From positions 1-64,000 of IMG/VR virus record IMGVR_UViG_3300030047_000014: 64,000 nucleotides of DNA; one strand, written 5' to 3'. Of the stretch, positions 1 through 10,678 are shown in pieces. Position 1 is the first letter of the stretch. Each line of letters begins with the position of its first letter. Source of the DNA: a virus. The notes under the pieces were generated by a model. The model saw nothing but the letters and a program-made list of their open reading frames with translations. It was not told where the DNA came from and searched no databases. The position numbers were made by a program, and so were the translations under genes.

Positions 1-224
1 ATTTGCAGCTAATAAAAGGATATTCCATAATTATTTACGTTCTATATAAATTACAGATGTATTATCTGTCCTTAGAGGACCATAACAGAATCCTGCTACA
101 TCTCCTAGTTTATGACATCTAGGAATAGAGGCTCCTTTATAAATACATCCTGAACAATCTTCACCAGGTACTACTACTAGATTTCTTCCATTATCAAGGA
201 AGGTTTCATTAACTTTCTTTTCCA

Positions 225-623
225 TTATAAATTGTATTTGATTTTTAAGTATTCTCTGCGTTTATTAATCTCTGGATATCTATATATATCATTTCCTACA
301 TTAGTATGCTCATCAAGAGTAAGAAGAATGATATTCTCTTCATTAAGTTTAGCTTCTTCATGTTTTTCTTTCTCTAGAATGTGGTGAAAGAAGACTGTTA
401 AAGGTTCTCTTCCTAAATATGTACCTGAGATTTCTGATTCATGTTTTCTTTTATTCCAAATAGAAAGAAAAAAAGCTCTCATCTCAAGTACATCATCAAA
501 TATCTTAGACATTTCTTCCTTTGAAGGAACTTTAGAATAGATTCTCTTTCGTGGTATGTGATTTTTACACAGACCATTTGACCATATATTATTATTACAA
601 TTCTCTATTTTACATGTTTTCAT
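225..623 (-). CDS. HNH-like nuclease with N-terminal Cys/His motif (start probably MKTCK at 623)
   Basis: FHHILEKEKH...EENIILLTLDEH resembles an HNH core; the ATG overlaps the end of the upstream ORF. Confidence 0.55.
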   Translation of the reverse strand: MKTCKIENCNNNIWSNGLCKNHIPRKRIYSKVPSKEEMSKIFDDVLEMRAFFLSIWNKRKHESEISGTYLGREPLTVFFHHILEKEKHEEAKLNEENIILLTLDEHTNVGNDIYRYPEINKRREYLKIKYNL

Positions 624-864
624 ATTTCCATATATAACCTTTGTGTGATTTACGATGTTGTTTACATACATCAACTATTCCTCCTGAACTAAAACCCTCT
701 GCTGCAGCTTCAGTAATAGAATTCCATTGTTTTATTACTTCTCCTGATTTAGTAAGTTGGATTACTTTTCTTTTCTTTCCTCCCCATCCATTAGATTTTG
801 CTAATTTAGACATTTCATCTTTCCATTTTTTAGATTTAGGAAGCTTTCTCACAATTCTTTCCAC
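610..864 (-). CDS. NUMOD3/NUMOD1 DNA-binding module only (homing endonuclease remnant)
   Basis: RKVIQLTKSGEVIKQWNSITEAA...IVDVCKQHRKSHKGYIWKY is a typical NUMOD1; no nuclease domain; GTG start. Confidence 0.7.
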   Translation of the reverse strand: MERIVRKLPKSKKWKDEMSKLAKSNGWGGKKRKVIQLTKSGEVIKQWNSITEAAAEGFSSGGIVDVCKQHRKSHKGYIWKYENM

Positions 865-869
865 AAATT

Positions 870-2726
870 TTACACTTCATTTTTCTCTACTTCTATTTCT
901 ATAGGAATATCAGCTCCCATAATTTTTTCAATTATTTTGGTTCTAATTTCTTCTGTTAGTTCTGGATTATCATTAAGAAGATCAGCGACACCTTTAATTC
1001 CTTGTCCAATCTTTGTTTCACCATAACTAAACCAGGAACCTGCTTTTTGAATGATATTAAACTCTACACCAAGATCTACAATTTCTTTTACTTTATCAAT
1101 TCCTACTCCCCAGACTACATCAAATTGACTTACTCTATATGGAGGACACATCTTATTCTTAATAGCTTTAATCTTAGTAACATTACCATAATTTACATCT
1201 CCATCTTTAGCCATTGATTTACTAATTTCTAATCTACAATCAGAATAGAACTTTAAAGCATGACCTCCTTGCGTAGTTGCAGGGTTGCCAAACATTACAC
1301 CAATCTTTTCTCTAAATTGACTTACTACAATAACACAAGTCTTATTCTGAACTAATAGACTCTTTAATGAGGGATAAGCTCCATTATTTAAACGAGCTTT
1401 CTTACCTATAGAAGAATCTCCCATATCACCTTCTAATACTGATTTAGGTATTAAAGAGGAATCTGAATCAATTACTAGTAGATCAAGTTTTCCACTCATT
1501 ATCATTTCTTTAGCAACCTGGAATCCTTCTTCTCCTGAAGATGGTTGAGAAATTAAAAGTTTTGAGGTATCAACACCAAGAGCTGTGAAATAATTTTTAT
1601 CAATAGCATGTTCACCATCAATACACATTGCAACACCACCTGCTTTTTGACATTCAGCTATTGCATGACCACATACTGTTGATTTACCTGAATTATGGAC
1701 TACTATCCCTTGTGCAATAAAATTATTATAGGGAAACTCACACTTAATATCATAGGTTTCCATTTCTCCTACAGAAGTAATACTTTCAATTATATCGGGA
1801 GTAACCATAAATCTAAGGTTATTGTGATTTGCTAAAGCATGTAGTCTATCATGGACAGAGTTACTTAGAAGTTCCAAATTAGAAGGGTTATTATTTAACG
1901 TATTCTCATCAATATGATGAACATCATAGCCTTCAGGTATGGTCCAAAAATCTATTGGAAGATACTCTACAGTATTAAGCATTTTTTTGTAATTATAATA
2001 ACTCATATTATTTTGAGTTGCTTCAAATGTAAGTCTATGGACTGTTTCTCTAAAGTAAGGATAACCATTAATCATTCTTGGTTTACCTCTATAGTAAAAC
2101 TTCATTGTAGTCTCTGCATACTTATTTCTATGAGATATCTTTTCTTTTATATAAGGAGTATTATTATGAATAAATACAGTATCTCCTTTTGATAGATCAG
2201 ATAATGATACATAGTTAGTTCCTGTGTAGAATTTATGATCTTTAGTAGTTTTAATTCTAAATCCATCTTTAGTTATAAGTTCAAAGCATTCTTTAACCCC
2301 AGATTTTACTACATCTAATATTGGATTTCTGAATACCCGATCTTCTTCATTTATGGAAGTCACATTAAACTCTGATTCTTCTGTTATATGATTCCTATTA
2401 TGAAATCTATCATACAGATGTTTGATAGTAGACCCTTTACAGTCTTGAACAACTCCATTGGGTTTGACTGTTATAAATTTGATGTAGGTATCTTCTGCAA
2501 GACATCCTTCCCAACCTATTAGTTCATAAAGTTTACCTTTAGCCCAACCACCAATTCCTAATGTAATATAATCTATTCCTAGTGATCCAGAACTGATTAC
2601 ATCATACTTACCTTTTATTTTTCCATCCAAGGTTAAGACTGTTCCTATTCCGTATGCTTTGTTTAGATGCTCTAAAGCTTGTTGTAGTTTATCTACATGT
2701 ACTTCTACTTCTTTTGCCTTTGCCAT
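870..2726 (-). CDS. recA: RecA recombinase containing an intein (347 aa after splicing)
   Basis: ISSGSLGID, ELIGWEG|SGKST Walker A, IDGEHAID, LLVIDS, QFREKIGVMFGNPATTQGGHALKFYS, KAIKNKMCPPYR. Confidence 0.97.
   Translation of the reverse strand: MAKAKEVEVHVDKLQQALEHLNKAYGIGTVLTLDGKIKGKYDVISSGSLGIDYITLGIGGWAKGKLYELIGWEGCLAEDTYIKFITVKPNGVVQDCKGSTIKHLYDRFHNRNHITEESEFNVTSINEEDRVFRNPILDVVKSGVKECFELITKDGFRIKTTKDHKFYTGTNYVSLSDLSKGDTVFIHNNTPYIKEKISHRNKYAETTMKFYYRGKPRMINGYPYFRETVHRLTFEATQNNMSYYNYKKMLNTVEYLPIDFWTIPEGYDVHHIDENTLNNNPSNLELLSNSVHDRLHALANHNNLRFMVTPDIIESITSVGEMETYDIKCEFPYNNFIAQGIVVHNSGKSTVCGHAIAECQKAGGVAMCIDGEHAIDKNYFTALGVDTSKLLISQPSSGEEGFQVAKEMIMSGKLDLLVIDSDSSLIPKSVLEGDMGDSSIGKKARLNNGAYPSLKSLLVQNKTCVIVVSQFREKIGVMFGNPATTQGGHALKFYSDCRLEISKSMAKDGDVNYGNVTKIKAIKNKMCPPYRVSQFDVVWGVGIDKVKEIVDLGVEFNIIQKAGSWFSYGETKIGQGIKGVADLLNDNPELTEEIRTKIIEKIMGADIPIEIEVEKNEV
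1692..2504 (-). mobile_element. 271-aa intein with HNH endonuclease, inserted in the RecA P-loop
   Basis: Starts CLAEDT, block B TKDHKF, ends VVHN followed by Ser; internal VHHIDENTLNNNPSNLELL...H. Confidence 0.95.
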
Positions 2727-2780
2727 TTGATTGATTTTAATAACAAATTTAATTAATATTTTTCAATAACTAAATAAATT

Positions 2781-2822
2781 AGAAAGAAAAATCCTACACG
2801 TAAGCATAGGATTTTTTCTTCT
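2781..2822. terminator. Intrinsic terminator-like hairpin
   Basis: AAAAATCCTA-N10-TAGGATTTTT inverted repeat upstream of recA. Confidence 0.6.
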
Positions 2823-3278
2823 AACATCAATATTACTTTAAAGGAAGAGGATTAGATTCCAGCTTTACCAGAATTCGCTCTGAATGTCTTTGTACCACTT
2901 TAAAGTATTCACTTCTTATCACTGGATCATCTCCTTTAGGTCCTTCTACAATACATTGCAGAAGGTTGGCGATCTCAGAGAATTGTTCTTCAGGCATATT
3001 TTCCATATCTATTAATGTTTAGAATTCGTCCTAATTGTAGGAAAGAGTAGTAAAACTAAGTCTTTCCTTTAAAAAAAGCAAGAGAACTGAAAAATTTTAC
3101 TTAACCAATTCTCTTACTTATTACTAACTGTTTTTATTAGATTTTGAGGAGTTTACAGATATATCTAAAGGTATTAATATCTTTACATTCTCCTTGATAT
3201 AGATATGAAAGATTTGTTCTATCTATCCATTCCCACTCATACCTTACCCTCAATTCTTCTATATCAGGAATAAAATAC

Positions 3279-3833
3279 TTATTTTCCATGCAATTTTATT
3301 TTATCAATATCTAAAATTTCATCTTCTTCTCGAAATCCATCCCATATCTCCTGTTTATTATCAAACTCTATTCCAAATTTATCCTCCCAATATTGAACAA
3401 GATCTTGAGTCTTATTAAATATTCTATACTGCAGAGATATTTCTTCTCTTGAGGAACCATTCTTTATAAGTGTAACCACCTTAGGAAATAAAGCTTGAAA
3501 AGGTAATGAGGTTTTAGAATACTTTCCTTCTTTTATTAGATCAAAATCCTTAATGAAAGAGGTATCTAATTTATATACCACTACTACAAAGCCATCTTCA
3601 TAGTTATAATCCTCTATTATTGTTTTGGTTCGTTCATACTCATCATCCAGGAATCTTCTAAACTTGTTAATGTTAATAGGCTTAAATAACAAATAGATAG
3701 AGTTAGGATATTGAAAATCCTTTCTAATATCTTTTATATAGCCATTAATAAAAGCATTGTTCTTCAATCCATCCTTAGGAATCTGAAGGGTTGGAACCAT
3801 AAAAATACTGGTAATTGTTTTCTTTACTTCCAT
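3279..3833 (-). CDS. Hypothetical protein, 184 aa
   Basis: Abuts the upstream nuclease gene; no recognised motif. Confidence 0.75.
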   Translation of the reverse strand: MEVKKTITSIFMVPTLQIPKDGLKNNAFINGYIKDIRKDFQYPNSIYLLFKPININKFRRFLDDEYERTKTIIEDYNYEDGFVVVVYKLDTSFIKDFDLIKEGKYSKTSLPFQALFPKVVTLIKNGSSREEISLQYRIFNKTQDLVQYWEDKFGIEFDNKQEIWDGFREEDEILDIDKIKLHGK

Positions 3834-4886
3834 CTAATCTTTAATATTTAATCGTCCATTACTTAAATAATTCTTCATGGATATGTTCCATATTCCATTG
3901 TCAAGAGCCCATTTTAGATTCTCAACGACTTCTTTTACTCCTGGATAGTGTGTTCCTTTATACTCAAAACCATAAAGAGCTTCTAATAGATCTTCATTAT
4001 TCATCCCATAAATCAAAGGACTATAGTAATTAATTGAATCACACACAATAAACTTAGGAGGAAATACTATATATCCATAGAATTCGTGATTAACATCCTT
4101 AGTTAGAGATAACATAGCTCTCCAATATAAATAACCTTGTATATATGCTCTATGATATAGATAGTATTCTTTATAAAATCCTTCTACAGCCCATACACAT
4201 TTAAGATCATATATCTGAATAGTTCTTTCAAAATGGTCTACTATCACCTTGTCTAACATTGATTTAAATCTATGCCCTCCTACAATATAGTTTTCTATCT
4301 GAAATTGATTTAATATGGTATAATGATTACTGTTTACCAGATTTACAATGTCAGATGTTATAGCATTGGTTCTGAGAGCTGAAACAATATTTTCAGCATT
4401 AGTAACATCTTGAGTAGTTACTACATCCAAATGATTAGCTCTTACAGTTCTAATCTCATTATAATAGATTTCATCATCAGAACCTATAAACTTTTTAATA
4501 ATTGTATTATAGGTTAATTTGTATCCTGCATCTATATAAGCAAGCTTTGAGATATCTTCAAATGTCTTATTTACATTACCATTCTCATCAGTAGATCTTC
4601 TTGTATGTTCATATAATGCTTCTACAAACTTAAGCCCTAATCCTGTAGGAGCCAATGCAATACATGACATATAAAATCTAGAATCAAACAATTCTTTCTC
4701 CAAAAGAAGAGTTTCAACAATTCTCCCCATAAGACTTGCCTGGGTATCCTTGTCCTCAACCTCCTCATTCATTATATACTTCCTATAATACTTCTTTCTA
4801 TCAGAGGAGAAATCCTTTAATGAGCTAGAGCTATCGAGCATCTTAGCCCGATATGTTGCTTCTGTTCTTGATTGTCCTTGTATCAT
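3834..4886 (-). CDS. PD-(D/E)XK nuclease (RecE/exonuclease VIII-like)
   Basis: SSSSLKDF, MGRIVETLLLE, FKSMLDKVIVD...IYDLKC, YIQGYLY. Confidence 0.75.
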   Translation of the reverse strand: MIQGQSRTEATYRAKMLDSSSSLKDFSSDRKKYYRKYIMNEEVEDKDTQASLMGRIVETLLLEKELFDSRFYMSCIALAPTGLGLKFVEALYEHTRRSTDENGNVNKTFEDISKLAYIDAGYKLTYNTIIKKFIGSDDEIYYNEIRTVRANHLDVVTTQDVTNAENIVSALRTNAITSDIVNLVNSNHYTILNQFQIENYIVGGHRFKSMLDKVIVDHFERTIQIYDLKCVWAVEGFYKEYYLYHRAYIQGYLYWRAMLSLTKDVNHEFYGYIVFPPKFIVCDSINYYSPLIYGMNNEDLLEALYGFEYKGTHYPGVKEVVENLKWALDNGIWNISMKNYLSNGRLNIKD

Positions 4887-5461
4887 TTAGTCTTTAATTT
4901 TAATTTTAGCTAACATCTCATTAATTAAAGTAATCTGAGATTCAAATCCTTCCTTGCCTTCTTTTGTAGAACAATCCCATTTTCCATTTATAGCCATTTT
5001 AGCATCTTTCCTAAGAGTCTTAAGTAAATCTTTTATTTCTTTTCTTAGTAATAGATCTTCCTTCAAATCAGGAACAATGTGGTCCATCTCTGCAGCTAAT
5101 GTATAACTATCAATTTCTTCAAATTTCTTATTAGGAAGCATATTTAGAAATCTTTGTACACATTCTAATATTGGTATTGTTATTACCTTCATTTTTTATA
5201 ACGTTTTAGACATTTTAATAAATCTTCAGGAGTTTGACTTTCCTGAAGTTGCTCATCCACATAACCACTCTCCCATTCATATTCTTTGGAGAGTGTCATT
5301 ATCTCTAAACATGTTTTGCATGCATATGTAGTACAGAAATCACCCTCATAAATACAAACTTGATATCTCATTTCTGTATTAACAGGGAATTTTCTAAGAC
5401 ATGAGAAACATCTATGTACTTTCTTTGTTGTTACATTTAGATTCTTCAGTACTGTTGCCAT
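4887..5461 (-). other. Two small hypothetical CDS (4887-5192; 5189-5461 with CxxC pairs)
   Basis: Tightly packed co-oriented ORFs. Confidence 0.65.
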
Positions 5462-5920
5462 TTCTTTCCTCCTTAGTTTTTATATTGTGTCTTAAAATAT
5501 AATTAGCAGCTTTTATTAAGAGTTCAGGACTATCCTTAAGATAACCTATACCCTATTACATTCATTACAAAGAAGATCTCTTATAGTATCTGTTGTATGA
5601 TTGTGATCGACTGCAAAGACTTTCCATTTACCTGTAGGTGTATTTGTACCACAAATAGCACAACAACCATTTTGATTATCTAACATTTTATTATAATCTT
5701 CTTCTGTAATATTATAATTTTGTTTTAGACAATATTTTCTATGTCTTCTAGCATAGAGTTCTGGCTTCTTAGCAATAGATTCTTTATACATAGAATAATG
5801 TTTTTCTCTATTACGAACACTCCATCTACCTCCTTTACTTAAGTTTTCATAGGATTCTCTTGTATGTCCCTGCTTGATTAAGAAATCATCTGTAACTTCT
5901 AATTTAACTCTGCCTCTCAT
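5412..5920 (-). pseudogene. Endonuclease VII-family nuclease with an apparent 1-nt deletion at about 5552
   Basis: YNITEEDYNKMLDNQNGCCAICG...AVDHNH...IRDLLCNECNR, continuing in the -1 frame as GIGYLKDSPELLIKAANYI. Confidence 0.8.
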
Positions 5921-6296
5921 TTGCTGTTTTTTTAGTGTGGCAATTGTTGCACAATACTTGTAGATTATCAATTTCACAAAACAACCTTCTTACAAATCCA
6001 GGGAGATCATCATAACATCTTAACGTTCCAGCAGGTATAATATGATCTACTGCTATTTCTTTTTCTGGAAAGAGTTGTTTACAATGATTACATTGATAGG
6101 CTACTTTTCGTCTTTTATTATCACCAACATAGGTTCTCTTTGCTAATCTTTTAGCCTGAGCAATTGGTTTCCACCATCTGTTCTTCCCTCTTAATGCAGA
6201 ACGAATGAGTGACCAAAAGGCACTTTCTGTCATGGTTCCAGAGTTTCTTGTTCTGATAACTCTTGGATTCTTAACTACATGTTTTATTTTTCTCAT
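5904..6296 (-). CDS. HNH endonuclease
   Basis: YQCNHC...IAVDHIIP...NLQVLCNNCHTKKT. Confidence 0.88.
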   Translation of the reverse strand: MRKIKHVVKNPRVIRTRNSGTMTESAFWSLIRSALRGKNRWWKPIAQAKRLAKRTYVGDNKRRKVAYQCNHCKQLFPEKEIAVDHIIPAGTLRCYDDLPGFVRRLFCEIDNLQVLCNNCHTKKTANERQS

Positions 6297-6310
6297 ATAA
6301 AAAGTTAAAA

Positions 6311-6343
6311 ATGTATCCCAAATATAATAAATTTGGGATACAT
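6311..6343. promoter_or_regulatory. Palindrome carrying TAnnTTTG -7 boxes on both strands
   Basis: ATGTATCCCAAAT-ATAATAA-ATTTGGGATACAT; TATATTTG on the minus strand (6326-6319) lies upstream of the HNH gene. Confidence 0.5.
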
Positions 6344-6357
6344 TATTTAATCTTAAC

Positions 6358-7710
6358 TTATTTAATTAGAGAAATTCTATTAGCTATTTCACTCTTCATA
6401 GTCTGTAGAGAATTCACAATATCATTTATCTCTATTGTAGAGATTGCAGGTAAACTGAATTCATGCTTACTTGTTTCAGCAACAAATCCTGCTTTAACTT
6501 TTGCTTCAAGACCTTCTAATTCATCAATAGCATATTTCTCATCCAGTTGAAGAAAATCAAAGTCTGAACTGCTCATAATTTGATTTGCTTCTTCAACTGT
6601 AGTTACCATAAATGGTAAGTATTCCCAACATCTGCCTTTTACCTCTCCAATACCAACTACTTTCATAGGATTATGAAGGGTAAATATTGTTGTATTTCCA
6701 CAAAGAACATAGGGAGCTGTATGACCTGCAAAATGTAAGCCTGCTTCACCACAATCTGCAGTAGACCAACTACACTCTTCAGGAGGCATATTTACCACAC
6801 GCCCAATACGAATATCAAAAGTATGGGTACGACCATCTGTATACCGATTCTCTTCCATAGTAGGAAGATCCAGATACAGATTTTTTAAATTACCTATTAC
6901 TTCATGTCCCATTGTTTTCTCTTCAGGAATATCAGTAATTTTAGTAAAATAAAGATTGCCTTCATTATTCTTATATACACAATAATCAGAAGGTTTCTTC
7001 TTCCATACAGTTTTGATCTTGTTATAAGTGTTGGTAATAAAATTTACCATACCATCCTCATCTGTATCCTTTATTTGAACAACATTACGAAGAGCCACAA
7101 AGAATCCCTGTTTAGTAATCTTAAAGTCATTCTTCATTAAGAAGTCATAAAGCTGATCAGCTACTTCTGCTCTTGGATTCAAACAACACCACATAAAGAA
7201 TCTTTTAAGAGCTTGGTACATTTCATTCTTCAATAAAAGATCTTCTGTCTGCTGTACTGTATATTCACTATAATCACTTAAGATTTCAGCAAATTTGTTT
7301 ATTAAAAGTTTTGGCAAACTTCTGTTGATTCCAGTAAGATAAACACTATTATCTTCTACTTTAAAGTCACCAAAATTCTTAAGTACTTCAAATCCTTTAT
7401 TGATAGTCTTAATTTGTTCAAGCTCAACTCTCTTATCCTCTTTATCATCTACTACGTCCCTATTAGCAATTACCTCTAGGATATCTGCAAGATTAGATGC
7501 AGCTTTAACTGCCTCAAAATCTGCAGCAGTACACCCTACCTTGTTTAAGATAGATCCATCATGCATAACTACCACCAGAGTATCACTTATTAGATTCAAT
7601 CTCTTATAAGGTTTCTCTGTTACTGAAATAATTCCTTCTTTTTCAGTTACTTTTTCAACTACTTCTTTTTCTTTGTTCTTTTTAAACCAATTTAAACTAA
7701 ATAAACTCAT
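6358..7710 (-). CDS. rIIB: rIIB-like protein
   Basis: ALKRFFMWCCLNP, QLYDFL, ITKQGFFVALRNV, VVNMP...DCGEAGLHF, KGRCWEY; directly downstream of rIIA. Confidence 0.8.
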   Translation of the reverse strand: MSLFSLNWFKKNKEKEVVEKVTEKEGIISVTEKPYKRLNLISDTLVVVMHDGSILNKVGCTAADFEAVKAASNLADILEVIANRDVVDDKEDKRVELEQIKTINKGFEVLKNFGDFKVEDNSVYLTGINRSLPKLLINKFAEILSDYSEYTVQQTEDLLLKNEMYQALKRFFMWCCLNPRAEVADQLYDFLMKNDFKITKQGFFVALRNVVQIKDTDEDGMVNFITNTYNKIKTVWKKKPSDYCVYKNNEGNLYFTKITDIPEEKTMGHEVIGNLKNLYLDLPTMEENRYTDGRTHTFDIRIGRVVNMPPEECSWSTADCGEAGLHFAGHTAPYVLCGNTTIFTLHNPMKVVGIGEVKGRCWEYLPFMVTTVEEANQIMSSSDFDFLQLDEKYAIDELEGLEAKVKAGFVAETSKHEFSLPAISTIEINDIVNSLQTMKSEIANRISLIK

Positions 7711-7730
7711 AATACTTGATTTTTAATTGT

Positions 7731-9740
7731 TTACACTTCTTCTTCTTCAATCACTGATTCTACTTCAGAACCATCTTCCAATAGATTATCAACAGTTTCA
7801 TCTGTTAAGATTTCATCCATCCAGGTAGTATCATTTAATGTGATATTATAATTGGTATAATCTATTCTGATTTTGTAATACTTTAGCATATCACATAAAA
7901 TACTAATTAAAGCCTTATCCTCATTATTTTCTACATCTCTCTCATATCTATCCATACTACCTAAGAGAATATTTATAAAAGGTAATTTCTTTAGAAAGTC
8001 ATTGACATTTGTATAGATATGATAGATCTCCTGATCAAATAGACTATGTTCTTCTGCAACTGTAAGCATTGCATCATATAAAGTACTATCTGATCTCTTG
8101 TAATTAAGTGCTTCATAATTAGCTAATAATCTTATTTTCTCTATTAAATCTTTTGAAACAGTTTTAAGATGGAATGTCTTATTAAATACTGCAGGATATT
8201 CATCCATTAATTTCTTAATCTTATATGCTGTAACAAGTCTTTTAAATGGTTTATTATCTCCTTCCATAAATTTTTTATATGATATTAAATTATGAATTTT
8301 AAGTTTTTCTAAGTTACTTATTTCTCTTTCAGAGAATGTTATACATCTTATTTTACCCAGACTACCCACAATATTGTATAAATTATCTAACTTATCATTG
8401 TTGTCATGGGTATCATAGATAATAAGAGCACCAATATTATGAAGATTTTCATATTTAAGGGTTGTTGCTACAAATTTACAACTTCTCCCCTGTACATATC
8501 TCTCTAATGGTTGTGCTACTTTACAAGAAAATTCTCCCTGAAGTTTTACTCTTCTATTTCCTCCTTGAGATATAGATAATCTTTGTCTTTTCCTGGAATC
8601 TAACCACTCTTGGGATACTTCAATCTCATCAACATTAATAAATTTAGAGATGAGTAAAGATTGGACAAATTGATATTCTTTAATCATTGTTCTCCATTCC
8701 TCTCTAGGATACTTCTTAAGTTTAAGAATTTTCATATAATTCTCAACCTCAAAGTACTCAGCTCTAAGACCCAGATTATACTTACTTACCTTCTTTACTA
8801 AATAGACAGTATCATACCCATTAAGAGTACTTTTAAGATATTCTTTCTTAAGAAAACTCATAGGAATATTATACAAATAGTACTTCTTACTTGAATTGTT
8901 TAAATTTGATACAGTAACATCACTACTTTTTCTTTTATTAAGTTCTTTTATTCTATAAAAAGAAGCCTCAAATTTAATCTTATATTCTCCAAGAAGTTTA
9001 TCTTTATTATCTACAACTCTCTCCAGATCCAAGAGAGTTATTTCTTCAAGTTTTGGTTTAATCAAAGCTTTTGTAGAGAAAGGAAGAAATGTTCTAACAT
9101 CAAAATTCTTCCCAATATCATCACAAATACTTACATATTTCTCCTTGAAATTATAATACTTAAAGATATCATCTAAACTCTTTGTATCTGTAATAGACTC
9201 ATTATACTTATCAATAAAATATTCTGCTACAAGCTTTATCTTACTTAATATAGTAGCTTTAGCTTCTGAGGTATATCGTAGAGATTCTCTATTTGGTGTA
9301 GGAAATAATCCATCAGATAAAGAGAATCTTAATCCAATAGGAGCCTCAATTCTGGGAATATTCATTTTACCAAAATCAATTGGATAGTAAACATTATCCA
9401 GGCATATATGAAGACTATTATCTGAAGTATTTTCAGAATATTGGAACTCAGATCCACGATGTATCTTGAAATCATTAGACATACCAGTAAATATATCATA
9501 GTAGACATCTTCAAAATAAGCAAGTTGCTCTTTTATCTTATTAAGAAAATCATGCCTATCACTAAAACTAACAGGAACTATAACCTTTACACCATCTCCC
9601 TCATCAGTTTCAGTTTCATACAAAGGATCAATAGTATTACCATTTTCTCCTTCATACATCATGTATTTACGTTCTATTCCATCTTTCCTGGCTATGAAAT
9701 AAAATGCTGATGTATAAGCAAGTGGAGATTTAAAACCTAG
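7731..9740 (-). CDS. rIIA: rIIA-like protein, exon 2
   Basis: The frame extends upstream of the listed ORF as LGFKSPLAYTSAFYF...; contains LFPTPNRESLRY. Confidence 0.88.
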   Translation of the reverse strand, partial: LGFKSPLAYTSAFYFIARKDGIERKYMMYEGENGNTIDPLYETETDEGDGVKVIVPVSFSDRHDFLNKIKEQLAYFEDVYYDIFTGMSNDFKIHRGSEFQYSENTSDNSLHICLDNVYYPIDFGKMNIPRIEAPIGLRFSLSDGLFPTPNRESLRYTSEAKATILSKIKLVAEYFIDKYNESITDTKSLDDIFKYYNFKEKYVSICDDIGKNFDVRTFLPFSTKALIKPKLEEITLLDLERVVDNKDKLLGEYKIKFEASFYRIKELNKRKSSDVTVSNLNNSSKKYYLYNIPMSFLKKEYLKSTLNGYDTVYLVKKVSKYNLGLRAEYFEVENYMKILKLKKYPREEWRTMIKEYQFVQSLLISKFINVDEIEVSQEWLDSRKRQRLSISQGGNRRVKLQGEFSCKVAQPLERYVQGRSCKFVATTLKYENLHNIGALIIYDTHDNNDKLDNLYNIVGSLGKIRCITFSEREISNLEKLKIHNLISYKKFMEGDNKPFKRLVTAYKIKKLMDEYPAVFNKTFHLKTVSKDLIEKIRLLANYEALNYKRSDSTLYDAMLTVAEEHSLFDQEIYHIYTNVNDFLKKLPFINILLGSMDRYERDVENNEDKALISILCDMLKYYKIRIDYTNYNITLNDTTWMDEILTDETVDNLLEDGSEVESVIEEEEV

Positions 9741-9864
9741 CGGTTATGTAATCTCTAATTTCTTAGAGTGTCGGACTATATCATCATCCTCAAAAGAGGA
9801 GTTGGACGCTTTTTCATATGGTGACTAAACCATACTACTTCCTGTTATTAAGCAAATTTATTGC

Positions 9865-10626
9865 TCAGGTAGTCTCTAAACCTTCTGAAGATTTATCTTC
9901 AGCTTGGCTTTTGATTGTCTTATTAAATTCTTCAAGTTTATCATGTTTTCTCTTTAAAAAATAGATAGCATCTTTATATAAGTAGTTTAAACAATTTTGA
10001 ACATCTTCAGTATTTTCAATCCAGAGAACATATACTATTTGTGTTCTTTTTCTTTCAGCTATATAAGATTTTTTAGTTGGTAAGTATTCTACAATTTTTT
10101 CCAGAAATACTTTATCTGTAGAACAGAAAGCAATCTTTAGTTTATATTGTTGAACATGTGCGTTCTTCGTCACATAAGTAGCTTTTCTTTTATACTTATA
10201 ATTAAGTGGTTTAAGAATTATACTACCATCACCATCCATAAATCCTCTAATAAAATGAGGAATAAAATCTTTATCTAACTTAGGAAATGTCATTCCTACT
10301 CTACTTTTATTTATATTACAACCATAGTTAATAAGAGATTGACAAAGTTGTGTAGAATGAATATCAATAAGTGCTGTTTTTTTCCAATTCTTAACAACAT
10401 TTGAAGGATAATGTACAATAGATATTTGTTTACCTCCTGCTTCTAAAGCAAGTTTTTCAAGTATATATCCATCTTCTTCTTGTACATTCACTCTTAACTG
10501 TATTTGTCTGTTCTCTGATGATTGCCATACAGATCCATCTGCATATATAAAACCTAAAATATAGGCTTTATACTCATTATCTATCTTCTCAAAATATTCG
10601 TGATTCACAATAAATTTGTATCCCAT
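9865..10626 (-). CDS. Intron-encoded LAGLIDADG homing endonuclease (two motifs)
   Basis: AYILGFIYADGSV and HFIRGFMDGDGSI. Confidence 0.93.
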   Translation of the reverse strand: MGYKFIVNHEYFEKIDNEYKAYILGFIYADGSVWQSSENRQIQLRVNVQEEDGYILEKLALEAGGKQISIVHYPSNVVKNWKKTALIDIHSTQLCQSLINYGCNINKSRVGMTFPKLDKDFIPHFIRGFMDGDGSIILKPLNYKYKRKATYVTKNAHVQQYKLKIAFCSTDKVFLEKIVEYLPTKKSYIAERKRTQIVYVLWIENTEDVQNCLNYLYKDAIYFLKRKHDKLEEFNKTIKSQAEDKSSEGLETT

Positions 10627-10646
10627 AGTATGTACTTGTTAGGACA

Positions 10647-10678
10647 CAAAGATATAAAATCTAACTTAGATTTCCAAA
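10647..10678 (-). promoter_or_regulatory. Bacteroidota primary-sigma promoter inside the intron, upstream of the endonuclease ORF
   Basis: TTTG-N20-TATCTTTG, 20 nt before the ATG. Confidence 0.75.
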
